Positions 17,691 to 25,955 of a stretch of DNA of 37,857 nucleotides are shown piece by piece. The notes under the pieces were generated by a model. It did not search any database, was not told where the DNA came from, and worked only from the letters and a program-made list of their open reading frames with translations. Source of the DNA: Patescibacteria group bacterium. Lineage in GTDB: Bacteria > Patescibacteriota > Minisyncoccia > Phycocordibacterales > PALSA-1337. Made by a program: the position numbers and the translations under genes. Position 1 is the first letter of the stretch; every line of letters begins with the position of its first letter. The stretch is taken from NCBI GenBank assembly GCA_038058815.1, contig JBBUAH010000008.1:1-37857 (forward strand), given 5' to 3'.

Positions 17691-19583
17691 TTAAGGGAAT
17701 GAAACGCCTGTTGTTCTCCAATCCAATTCTGAACCCATAAATGTCAGAGCATACACAGAGTTTGACTGTATACTTTCAAGTCCAATGGCATATGAACCAG
17801 AAGTGAATGCAGCTGATGCACTACGACCCATAATTGTGAATGTAACAGGAATATCAACCGTAGTACCTTCAGGTATTGTGAATGTATTGCTTGTCACAGT
17901 ATACCCGGAAGGAGCAGAGAAGTCTGTTGAAGTTGCATAAGAACTCAATGCCAAATCAACTACACTGTTTCTGTATATTTTGAAACCAGTTGATGAAGAA
18001 GCAAACATTGGTGTGTTTGAAGCTAATGTACCAAGATCAATAGCCCCACCAACTGCTTTTACTGTAACTACGAAGGTAGCAGTCAAAGTCGATGTACTAA
18101 CATTTGTTGATACACCATTATTTTGAGGTGCTCCAGCTGTTACAATACTCTTTGATTTTAGTTTAGCCTCCAATCCAACATTTCTTATTCCAAAACGATT
18201 ACCAGTAGCGGTACCACTTACAGTAACACTATCTTTAATAGAGTTTACAGCAGTAATATCAGAAATAGCAGCAATAGCAGTTGTTTCATTTGCTACTGTA
18301 CCATTTGCACTAGTGATATCAAGTTTTACAGTAAGAGTCTTAATAGTTCCCTTAGGAATAGTGATAATTCCATTAGTATCTGTAATAGCTGCTACACCAG
18401 TGGAGGTATTTACAGAAGCATTACCTATTTCTGTTGAACCATCGAAAAGGTAAGCTGTAGAAGAAGTAGCTGCTCCTGTTCCTGTCTTAGAAACAGTTAC
18501 GTTTACTGTAGTAAGTGTTACATTGTCTTTTTCAGCTTTTACATCAAAGATCAGTGTAGGTAACTTATCTAATTGATCTTCACTCGATCCATTTGCAGCG
18601 ATAACATCTTGTCTAATTGGGGTTGAAGGATTAAGAGATACAGTCAAAGTAGCTGATTCAGTAAGAGTAGGATCAATATTTTGAGCTCGTGTAATATCTG
18701 TAGCAGCAGAAGGAGTATATTGATCAATACCAGCTCCATCTACACCACGAATACCACTAGCAGCGAATCTAATAGTAAAGGTTTCAGTGTCAATTTCAGT
18801 AGTATCAATTGATGGTCTAACATCAACCTTGATAGTAAGAACTTTTGTTGCATCTTTTGGAATCACATAATTCATTCCACTAAGAGTAATATAATATCTA
18901 CTCCCATCAAGTATAGCTGTAGTTGAATTCAAATTAGAAGAAGCCAAAACTGTACCTGCCTCATCTGTTACATAAATCTTTGAATAGATTTTGTTCCAGA
19001 TAGTAGTAGCAGTTCCTAAGTCCAATTTAACTCTTTCTATTCTAACATCAGAAGACTTTGCTGTAACTTTTGCGCCAAGAACTGGGACCATAGTATCACC
19101 TTCATAAACAACAGAAGGCAAACCTGCATTTGTCTGTACTGATGTAATTGAACCTTCAACTCCTGGAGTCGTTATAACTCCTGGTGTTCCTGTTGCAACT
19201 GTCGCAGGAGTCGTTCCTGGATTAGCTGTACATGTATATCCTGTTGGACATACAAATCCAGCTGGAGCAACTGCTACTCCACCACCACCATTTACTATAG
19301 CTCTTGTAAGAGGACCGAAGTATCCGAATGATGGAAGATTCACTGTCTTCTGATAAGCTGCAACAGCTGCCTTTGTTTGTGAACCAAAGTAGCCTTTTGT
19401 TGCTACACCAGAACTAAGAGCTGGTATATCAAAACCCTTACTCATAAGCCATGTCTGTAGAGCAGTTACATCTACTCCTGTACTTCCAACTGTAAGGTTG
19501 GAATCGAATGCTGCATTTACAGAAGCTGCTCCTACGAGAGCGACTGTCAAAGCAACAACACTTGCGATTATATATTTCTTCAT
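17691..19583 (-). CDS. secreted wall-associated protein: N-terminal PG-binding domain plus Ig-like/S-layer-like beta repeats
   Basis: 630 aa with signal peptide MKKYIIASVVALTVALVGAASVNA. PG_binding_1-like region GVDVTALQTWLMSKGF....GYFGSQTKAAVAAYQ. This is followed by a Cys-containing linker and a long Thr/Val/Ser-rich repeat-like beta sequence. Confidence 0.88.
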   Translation of the reverse strand: MKKYIIASVVALTVALVGAASVNAAFDSNLTVGSTGVDVTALQTWLMSKGFDIPALSSGVATKGYFGSQTKAAVAAYQKTVNLPSFGYFGPLTRAIVNGGGGVAVAPAGFVCPTGYTCTANPGTTPATVATGTPGVITTPGVEGSITSVQTNAGLPSVVYEGDTMVPVLGAKVTAKSSDVRIERVKLDLGTATTIWNKIYSKIYVTDEAGTVLASSNLNSTTAILDGSRYYITLSGMNYVIPKDATKVLTIKVDVRPSIDTTEIDTETFTIRFAASGIRGVDGAGIDQYTPSAATDITRAQNIDPTLTESATLTVSLNPSTPIRQDVIAANGSSEDQLDKLPTLIFDVKAEKDNVTLTTVNVTVSKTGTGAATSSTAYLFDGSTEIGNASVNTSTGVAAITDTNGIITIPKGTIKTLTVKLDITSANGTVANETTAIAAISDITAVNSIKDSVTVSGTATGNRFGIRNVGLEAKLKSKSIVTAGAPQNNGVSTNVSTSTLTATFVVTVKAVGGAIDLGTLASNTPMFASSSTGFKIYRNSVVDLALSSYATSTDFSAPSGYTVTSNTFTIPEGTTVDIPVTFTIMGRSASAAFTSGSYAIGLESIQSNSVYALTFMGSELDWRTTGVSFP

Positions 19584-19884
19584 ATGATTAATAATTTTTA
19601 ATAATAAAATAATTTCACTCCTTTTAAATTAATAATTTTTTGGAGATCCATTATCTTTCGAAACTAAATTAACTAATAAACGAAAACAAAACACTTTCAC
19701 TATCCTATCCACTTATATATCGACACAAGTCAGATAGAGTAGTTTGCGAGAATTAAGTTTGAATTTCTATATTTAACTAACCGTAAAAGGAAAAAGAATT
19801 CAGTAGAATAATCACCTTAATTTAATTGTCAAAGATCGATGTAGATTATTATACCTTAATGGAAGAGAAATCTACAAAGAATGA

Positions 19885-19895
19885 TGTGGATAACT
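19885..19895 (-). promoter_or_regulatory. AGTTATCCACA motif, site 3
   Basis: The minus strand reads TAGTTATCCACA, 31 nt upstream of TATAAT (rc of 19848-19853). On the plus strand it forms GTGGAT-N-ATCCAC with 19914-19922. Confidence 0.45.
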
Positions 19896-19993
19896 AGCCA
19901 TAAGATAGCTAGAAACCATCCACTCATATTATACAAATGGCCATAAAAAGTCAATACATTATGCTAGTCCATAAAATATATTGAAAATTAAGA

Positions 19994-20650
19994 TTAAGCC
20001 AATGAATATGTACTCCATCTTCTTTCCCCTACTTTCTTCACAATACCATTTTTTACGAGACTGATAAGCTCACGCTGTATCGTCTTTTCACTACAATTCG
20101 TAATAACTTTTGCAAAATCCCTAATGGTGAGATTTGATGATTTACCAAGTAAATTAAGTATATTTTCCTGTCTATTATTCTTTTTGTCCTTTATTTGTAT
20201 ATTGTCCTTTTTTATATGTCCTTTGACATAATCCTTGTCCGATTCCCTACTTTCATATATCTTTTCAGGCATCGATACGTCTGTTGCAAAGAATTTTTCT
20301 GATAAAACGAAGCCTTCTGGATGTGCATTATGTGATGATTGTTTTTTCATAAATTCGACGAGTAATTCTAGTTCTTTTGTAATAATAGAAAAATTCATAT
20401 TAGATATAAGACCAGAATTAGAAATCACTCTCATAAGTGATAGAAGCTCCATAGAAAAAGAAAAATATGTTTGCAATAAATAATTTTTATCAGTCAATAA
20501 TGTCCCATTCATTGTAGAAGTAGTAGATATTAAAGACATACATTTTTCTCTAATCTCCCATTTTACTGGGTCACTGTCTTTTATAAAATCCGTTACTAAG
20601 TATAGTGCAGATACGATTTTTTCTGTTTTTTTAAATAAATAATTTTCCAT
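19994..20650 (-). CDS. putative transcriptional regulator (unknown helical N-domain plus C-terminal DeoR/wHTH-like domain)
   Basis: 218 aa. The C-terminus ENILNLLGKSSNLTIRDFAKVITNCSEKTIQRELISLVKNGIVKKVGERRWSTYSL fits an HTH/winged-helix pattern. The N-terminal ~120 aa are helical with no recognised family. Confidence 0.65.
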   Translation of the reverse strand: MENYLFKKTEKIVSALYLVTDFIKDSDPVKWEIREKCMSLISTTSTMNGTLLTDKNYLLQTYFSFSMELLSLMRVISNSGLISNMNFSIITKELELLVEFMKKQSSHNAHPEGFVLSEKFFATDVSMPEKIYESRESDKDYVKGHIKKDNIQIKDKKNNRQENILNLLGKSSNLTIRDFAKVITNCSEKTIQRELISLVKNGIVKKVGERRWSTYSLA

Positions 20651-20658
20651 TGTCTTTT

Positions 20659-20743
20659 TGACTTTTATAGTATGACTTATATCTGTCTTTTATAAAAATG
20701 ATGATTTTGTATGTCTATTATATAAAGGACTTATGTCTTATGT
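20659..20743. promoter_or_regulatory. cluster of TATG(A/T)CT(T)TAT-type short repeats in a divergent promoter region
   Basis: Repeat copies: TGACTTTTATA (20659), TATGACTTATAT (20671), CTGTCTTTTATA (20683), TATGTCTATTATA (20710), GGACTTATG (20728), TATGTCTTATG (20733). All lie between the regulator gene (start 20650) and ftsK (start 20831). Confidence 0.4.
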
Positions 20744-20830
20744 AAAGAGTCTTCTCTAGTCACAACACAGCATGAGCATATGCACAATGTATATGTTATT
20801 ATAGTAGTAAACAATTAGATTAAATATTAT

Positions 20831-23059
20831 ATGGCAAGTAAAAAGAAAAAGAATGAATTTGTGGATAAATCGGATTCGAAGAGTTCAATCAAGAGAGAAA
20901 CTTTACAAGCAGTATTTGCTATTCTTTTCTTTGCTTTAGCTGTTCTTGCCATTTTAGCATCGATGGGTAAAGCTGGATTTGTCGGAGCATATGCATATAA
21001 GATTCTAAAGAAACTCTTTGGCCTAGGATATTTCCTATTACCTATTTCTTTCATAATGCTTGGAATCTCTTTCATAATAGGTATAAAGAGAAAATTTCAG
21101 ATTTTTAAGATTATCGGAGTTATTATTTTTCTTGTTTCTGGACTGGGTCTAGTCGATCTTCTGGTCGCCCGTGAGGGGGGTATTCTAGGGCATTTTATTT
21201 CTTCTCCCCTGCTTTCTTTATTTGATGTTTATGCAACAGTGGCATTATTGATAGCTTTTCTTGCTATATCTATTATTGTCACTTTTGAAATGCATTTTAC
21301 TATAGAACATTTAATGTTCTGGAAATGGTTTAGGAGGAATTTGGATAATACTGTAGATGGGGATGAGACTGGAGAATATGATGAATCCGAAATAGAAAAA
21401 GCTGTTCATAATGTAGAAGAAAAGATAGAGAAGGATTCTATGCGTGATAAGCAAATCGAACAGAATAAAAATCAAACAAAGACAAATAAAGATGAGGAGG
21501 ATGATTTTCAGATCAGTTCTATGCATAGTCTTAAACCATTTATCCCTCCCCCTCTATCACTTCTTGAGAAAGATCGTGGTAAGCCAGAAACCGGTGATAT
21601 AAAAGCAAATGCTAATATTATAAAGAGAACTCTTCAGAATTTCGGTATAAATGTTGAAATGGATGAGATTTCTATAGGACCATCTGTGACTCGATATGCC
21701 CTGAAACCTGCCGAAGGTGTAAAACTTTCGAAAATTGTCGCACTTAATAATGATCTAGCACTTGCTCTCGCCGCACACCCTATACGTATAGAAGCTCCGA
21801 TTCCAGGAAAATCATTGGTTGGTATAGAAATTCCAAATACAACGAAGACTACGGTCGGTCTAGCGACACTTCTTGGCTCGGATGAATATCAACAATCAGA
21901 AAAACCCCTTTTGGTATCTTTAGGAAAAGGTATTTCGGGAAGGTCATTCTTTTCAAATCTTGGGAAGGCTCCGCATATGCTTATCGCTGGTACTACAGGA
22001 TCAGGGAAATCTGTAACTATACATGCAATCATAACTTCCCTCCTTTTTCGTAATTCTCCAGAGAATCTAAGATTTATTATGATAGATCCAAAACGTGTAG
22101 AATTAACCCTTTATAATAAAATTCCACATCTTCTTACTCCAGTCATTACAGATGCGAAAAAGGCAATTCTAGCTCTAAAATGGGCTTCGAAAGAGATGAG
22201 TAGACGCTATGATGTGCTTGAGAAAAATAGTGCAAGAGATATTGATTCATATCATAAGAATATTTTATCCCCAGCTATTGAAAAATATTCGAAAAAGCAG
22301 ACCAGGCTACTTCCAGAATCAATGCCTTATATTGTAATAGTACTAGACGAACTTGCTGATATTATGCATACATATCCTCGAGAATTAGAATCGGCCATTG
22401 TCCGTCTAGCACAAATGAGTCGTGCCGTCGGTATTCACCTTATCGTTTCCACACAGCGTCCTAGTGTAAATATCATTACTGGCCTTATAAAAGCCAATAT
22501 CCCTTCACGTATTGCCCTTCAAGTATCTTCACAGATCGATTCTAGAACTATTCTAGACACCGGCGGTGCAGAAAAGCTTCTTGGTGCAGGAGATATGCTC
22601 TATCTAGGAGGAGAAATGTCTAAGCCATTACGTCTTCAATCCGCCTTTATTTCTGAAATAGAAGTGAAAAAAGTAGTGAAGTATCTGGCTGATACTTATA
22701 AGGATGAGGTATTGGGTGAAATAAATCTTACAAATACAGAACCCGGTAAGGATTCAATATTTGAAGCAAATCTTGAAAATGATGATATTGGTGATGAAGA
22801 TGATATGTACGAACCAGCTCGAGAAATAGTCATATCTACAGGAAAAGCATCCACTTCATTCCTTCAAAGAAAGCTTGGCGTAGGATATTCTCGTGCAGCG
22901 AAGCTTATGGATATACTCGAGGAAAGAGGTGTGATAGGACCTGCAAATGGTGCTAAAGCTAGAGAAGTATATGGAAGTCAAGCTGTCGGTACCGTCGAAA
23001 CTGATCTTATAGAAAGTGCTGAAATAGAATCAGATGATATAAACAATGATCAATCGTAA
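20831..23059 (+). CDS. ftsK: DNA translocase FtsK/SpoIIIE
   Basis: 742 aa with N-terminal TM helices, an acidic linker, Walker A AGTTGSGKSV, Walker B IVIVLDELADIM, VSTQRPS, and a gamma winged-helix ASTSFLQRKLGVGYSRAAKLMDILEERGVIGP. Confidence 0.95.
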   Translation: MASKKKKNEFVDKSDSKSSIKRETLQAVFAILFFALAVLAILASMGKAGFVGAYAYKILKKLFGLGYFLLPISFIMLGISFIIGIKRKFQIFKIIGVIIFLVSGLGLVDLLVAREGGILGHFISSPLLSLFDVYATVALLIAFLAISIIVTFEMHFTIEHLMFWKWFRRNLDNTVDGDETGEYDESEIEKAVHNVEEKIEKDSMRDKQIEQNKNQTKTNKDEEDDFQISSMHSLKPFIPPPLSLLEKDRGKPETGDIKANANIIKRTLQNFGINVEMDEISIGPSVTRYALKPAEGVKLSKIVALNNDLALALAAHPIRIEAPIPGKSLVGIEIPNTTKTTVGLATLLGSDEYQQSEKPLLVSLGKGISGRSFFSNLGKAPHMLIAGTTGSGKSVTIHAIITSLLFRNSPENLRFIMIDPKRVELTLYNKIPHLLTPVITDAKKAILALKWASKEMSRRYDVLEKNSARDIDSYHKNILSPAIEKYSKKQTRLLPESMPYIVIVLDELADIMHTYPRELESAIVRLAQMSRAVGIHLIVSTQRPSVNIITGLIKANIPSRIALQVSSQIDSRTILDTGGAEKLLGAGDMLYLGGEMSKPLRLQSAFISEIEVKKVVKYLADTYKDEVLGEINLTNTEPGKDSIFEANLENDDIGDEDDMYEPAREIVISTGKASTSFLQRKLGVGYSRAAKLMDILEERGVIGPANGAKAREVYGSQAVGTVETDLIESAEIESDDINNDQS

Positions 23060-23405
23060 TGGAGTAAGAAAGATTATAAAGGCAGGAATTATTTCAATAA
23101 TTATCTTAATTGTATTGGGATATGCGTACTTTGCATCTCATAATTTTGTAAGGGGGCCAGAAATTATAGTTACGGAACCAATTTCTGGAACTTCTACAAC
23201 CACTCCAAGTATAAGACTCATAGGAAAAGCACTTCGTGTCCAAGATATAACCTTAAACGGCAGACCGATTATAATTGATGATAAAGGAAATTTTGATGAA
23301 AACATTATTCTTGCTCCGGGATATAATGTTTCATTACTCTCGGCTCATGATAAGTTTGGCAGAACTACAGAATATAAAATCGATTTAGTCTATAAAAAAG
23401 AATAG
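23046..23405 (+). CDS. small membrane-anchored hypothetical protein
   Basis: 119 aa with one N-terminal TM helix (AGIISIIILIVLGYAYFA) followed by a small beta-type domain. It overlaps the ftsK end by 14 nt. Confidence 0.6.
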   Translation: MINRNGVRKIIKAGIISIIILIVLGYAYFASHNFVRGPEIIVTEPISGTSTTTPSIRLIGKALRVQDITLNGRPIIIDDKGNFDENIILAPGYNVSLLSAHDKFGRTTEYKIDLVYKKE

Positions 23406-23413
23406 ATATATAG

Positions 23414-23450
23414 TGTACAATAGTATCTGTACCCGAAATAAATGTACCCG
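23414..23450 (+). promoter_or_regulatory. GTAC-core repeats upstream of recA (candidate operator)
   Basis: TGTACAAT (23414), TGTACCCG (23428-23435) and TGTACCCG (23443-23450) lie 24-60 nt upstream of the recA ATG. Confidence 0.3.
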
Positions 23451-23473
23451 CATTATTATTTTAATATATCTGT

Positions 23474-24517
23474 ATGGTTAAAAAAACAAAAGAGATAAAA
23501 ATTGAAGAGACAGTTAAAGAACTAAAAAAATCTGATCCGACAAACAGTATTAGCTCAACCCTCGATGCTATTCGTTCTAAGTATGGGGATGAATCCATTA
23601 TGAAACTTGGTGATAAACCGAGAGTGGGTGTAAATGCTATTCCTACAGGGTCAATAGGGCTAGATGCGGCCCTCGGTGTAGGAGGTATGCCTAGAGGAAG
23701 GATTATAGAGATATTCGGTCCAGAATCATCTGGGAAAACTACCCTTTCTCTTCATGTCATAGCTGAAGCTCAAAAGCTTGGCGGTATTTGCGCTTTTATA
23801 GATGCAGAACATGCTTTGGATCCAGAATATTCAAAAAGATTAGGAGTAAAAACAGATGAATTACTCATTTCCCAACCAGAATCGGGAGAACAGGCATTGG
23901 GGATAGTAGAAAGTCTAGTACATTCGGGAAAAATGGATGTAATAGTCATAGACTCTGTAGCCGCACTCACCCCCAAAGATGAAATAGAGGGAGATATGGG
24001 AGCATATCATGTAGGAAAACAAGCTCGTCTTATGTCTCAAGCACTTCGCAAACTCACAAGTATAGTGGCAAAGTCTAAGACAGTAGTCATATTTATAAAT
24101 CAAATCCGTATGCAAATAGGTGTAATGTTTGGAAATCCAGAAACAACCCCAGGTGGTAAAGCCTTGAAATTTTACACATCCGTACGTCTGGACATAAGAA
24201 GGATTGCACAGATAAAAAAAGGAGAAGAAGTCATGGGGGGACGTGTGAGAGTAAAGGTAGTAAAGAATAAAGTGGCAGCACCATTTCGACAGACAGAATT
24301 TGACCTTATGTATAATGAAGGGATTTCACAAGAAGGCGAAATAATAGCTCTTGGCGAAAAAATGAATATAGTCGAAAAGACTGGAAATTCATATACACAT
24401 GGAGAAATAAAACTCGGACGTGGTTATGATGCTACCAGACAATTCCTTAAGGAAAATAAAGAAATACGTGAAGAGATCTTGACCAAGATTCGCACGAAAC
24501 TTGCAGAAGATAAGTAA
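23474..24517 (+). CDS. recA: recombinase RecA
   Basis: 347 aa with Walker [32 protein letters not shown] and the L2-type stretch [15 protein letters not shown]. Confidence 0.97.
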   Translation: MVKKTKEIKIEETVKELKKSDPTNSISSTLDAIRSKYGDESIMKLGDKPRVGVNAIPTGSIGLDAALGVGGMPRGRIIEIFGPESSGKTTLSLHVIAEAQKLGGICAFIDAEHALDPEYSKRLGVKTDELLISQPESGEQALGIVESLVHSGKMDVIVIDSVAALTPKDEIEGDMGAYHVGKQARLMSQALRKLTSIVAKSKTVVIFINQIRMQIGVMFGNPETTPGGKALKFYTSVRLDIRRIAQIKKGEEVMGGRVRVKVVKNKVAAPFRQTEFDLMYNEGISQEGEIIALGEKMNIVEKTGNSYTHGEIKLGRGYDATRQFLKENKEIREEILTKIRTKLAEDK

Positions 24518-24537
24518 ATGTGTAAGATATAAAATCT

Positions 24538-25116
24538 ATGTCAATGCTTGAATATAATGAAGTTGTCGAAAGAAAATACATTGTCCTAGATGGACAACCT
24601 TATGAAGTGCTTTCTTCTCATGTATTTAGAAAACAACAAAGAAAACCTGTAAATGCAACAAAATTGAAGAATCTCATAACCGGTAAAGTCACCGAATATT
24701 CTTTCCACGTTTCAGAGAAAGTAGAAGAAGCTGAAATAGAACAAAGAGAAGTAAAATATCTTTATGAAAATAAAGGAAAAGGTGAATTTTGGTTTTGTCT
24801 TCCTGCAGAACCAAGTAAAAGATTTAATTTCACAGAAGATCAGTTAGGTACACAAATAAAATTCATAAAACCAAATACTATTATCTCTCAATTAATGTTT
24901 GGAGAGAAGACTACAGGGTTCAAATTCCCACCAATGGTTGAATTGAAAGTGACAGAATCCCCTCCGAATATTAAAGGCGATAGTGCAACGGGTGGAAATA
25001 AAATCATTACTTTAGAGACTGGTGCCACGATCAATGCTCCCCTTTTCGTAAATGTTGGAGATATTATAAGAATAAATACTGAGACTGGTGAGTATAGAGA
25101 GCGTGTGGGTAAATAA
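24538..25116 (+). CDS. efp: elongation factor P (divergent modification loop)
   Basis: 192 aa that aligns collinearly, without gaps, to E. coli EF-P over the N-terminal domain (IVLDGQPYEVL...TKLKNLITG). The C-terminal GDSATGGNK...ETGATINAPLFVNVGDIIRINTETGEYRERV is typical of EF-P. Confidence 0.92.
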   Translation: MSMLEYNEVVERKYIVLDGQPYEVLSSHVFRKQQRKPVNATKLKNLITGKVTEYSFHVSEKVEEAEIEQREVKYLYENKGKGEFWFCLPAEPSKRFNFTEDQLGTQIKFIKPNTIISQLMFGEKTTGFKFPPMVELKVTESPPNIKGDSATGGNKIITLETGATINAPLFVNVGDIIRINTETGEYRERVGK

Positions 25117-25119
25117 ATA

Positions 25120-25235
25120 AAAAGAAAAAAGAAGTGTTAGTCTACGGGTACGAAAATTCTTTGCTAAGAATTTTCTCAAGTTCTCGGCTCGACAGCCTCG
25201 AAAGCCCCTCCGACTCAACACTTCTTTTTTCTTTT
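25120..25235. other. ~115-nt element closed by a long inverted repeat between convergent efp and rpsR
   Basis: AAAAGAAAAAAGAAGTGTTAGTC (25120-25142) is complementary to GACTCAACACTTCTTTTTTCTTTT (25212-25235). There is an inner perfect 10-bp hairpin, GAAAATTCTT/AAGAATTTTC (25152-25175), and a GC-rich inner segment. Confidence 0.5.
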
Positions 25236-25241
25236 CTATAC

Positions 25242-25445
25242 TTACCTAGCAACAAAAGGCAAAAGACCCATAAATCTAGCACGCTTCACAGCCATAGCAA
25301 GCTGACGCTGACTACGCGCAGAGACGCCTGTCTTCTTTCTACTTATCATACGACCATGAGGATTTAGAAATTTCTTTAAGATTTCTGTATCTTTATAGTC
25401 TATTTGTCTTATATTGTTTTGTGAGAAATAACATTGTTTTTGCAT
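25242..25445 (-). CDS. rpsR: 30S ribosomal protein S18
   Basis: 67 aa. IDYKDTEILKKFLNPHGRMISRKKTGVSARSQRQLAMAVKRARFMGLLPF is a classic S18 sequence. Confidence 0.95.
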   Translation of the reverse strand: MQKQCYFSQNNIRQIDYKDTEILKKFLNPHGRMISRKKTGVSARSQRQLAMAVKRARFMGLLPFVAR

Positions 25446-25463
25446 ATTTTTATATTTTATCTA

Positions 25464-25928
25464 TTAGAATGGAATATCATCTGGATTTATTTCTTCTTCT
25501 GGATATTCAATAGTATCTATTGGTGTTCCTGCTGCATCCTTAGGTGGAATTTCCTCTATTGATGCATCTTTCTGATTTCCTCCAGAAGCCCCTGTCCCCA
25601 TAGATCGTGGGCCGAATTGCACTCGATCTGCGACTATTTCAGTGCGATATTTCTTCTGACCATCTTGCCCATCCCATGTCCTAGTCTGCATTCTACCTTC
25701 GACCAAGACACTAGAACCTCTTTTCAAATATTGTGCAGAAGTTTCTGCCTGACGGCCAAAGACTACAATATTATGGAAGTCTGCTGATTCTTGCTTCACT
25801 CCATTTTTATCTTTCCATATTCTATTTGTTGCTACCCCAAAACTACAGACCTTTGTTCCCGAAGGAAGTGCCTTGATTTCTGGATCTCGAGTAAGATTTC
25901 CAATGATCATTGCTTTATTTAAATACAT
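25464..25928 (-). CDS. ssb: single-stranded DNA-binding protein
   Basis: 154 aa with an OB-fold N-terminus (MYLNKAMIIGNLTRDPE..LPSGTKV..FGVATNR), a Gly/Pro-rich linker and the acidic tail DDIPF. Confidence 0.95.
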   Translation of the reverse strand: MYLNKAMIIGNLTRDPEIKALPSGTKVCSFGVATNRIWKDKNGVKQESADFHNIVVFGRQAETSAQYLKRGSSVLVEGRMQTRTWDGQDGQKKYRTEIVADRVQFGPRSMGTGASGGNQKDASIEEIPPKDAAGTPIDTIEYPEEEINPDDIPF

Positions 25929-25955
25929 AAATTTTTTTGATGAATTAATAATAAT

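Noticed and set aside
15695-19895. TTATCCACA boxes read as a replication origin (oriC)
   Set aside because: There are only three boxes, about 2 kb apart. Each sits in a promoter-like position between long co-oriented genes. There is no dnaA/dnaN nearby, no clustered boxes and no obvious AT-rich unwinding repeats.
25012-25367. ORFs 25012-25221 (-) and 25134-25367 (+)
   Set aside because: They span the efp 3' end, the inverted-repeat spacer and the antisense of rpsR. There is no independent support for either.
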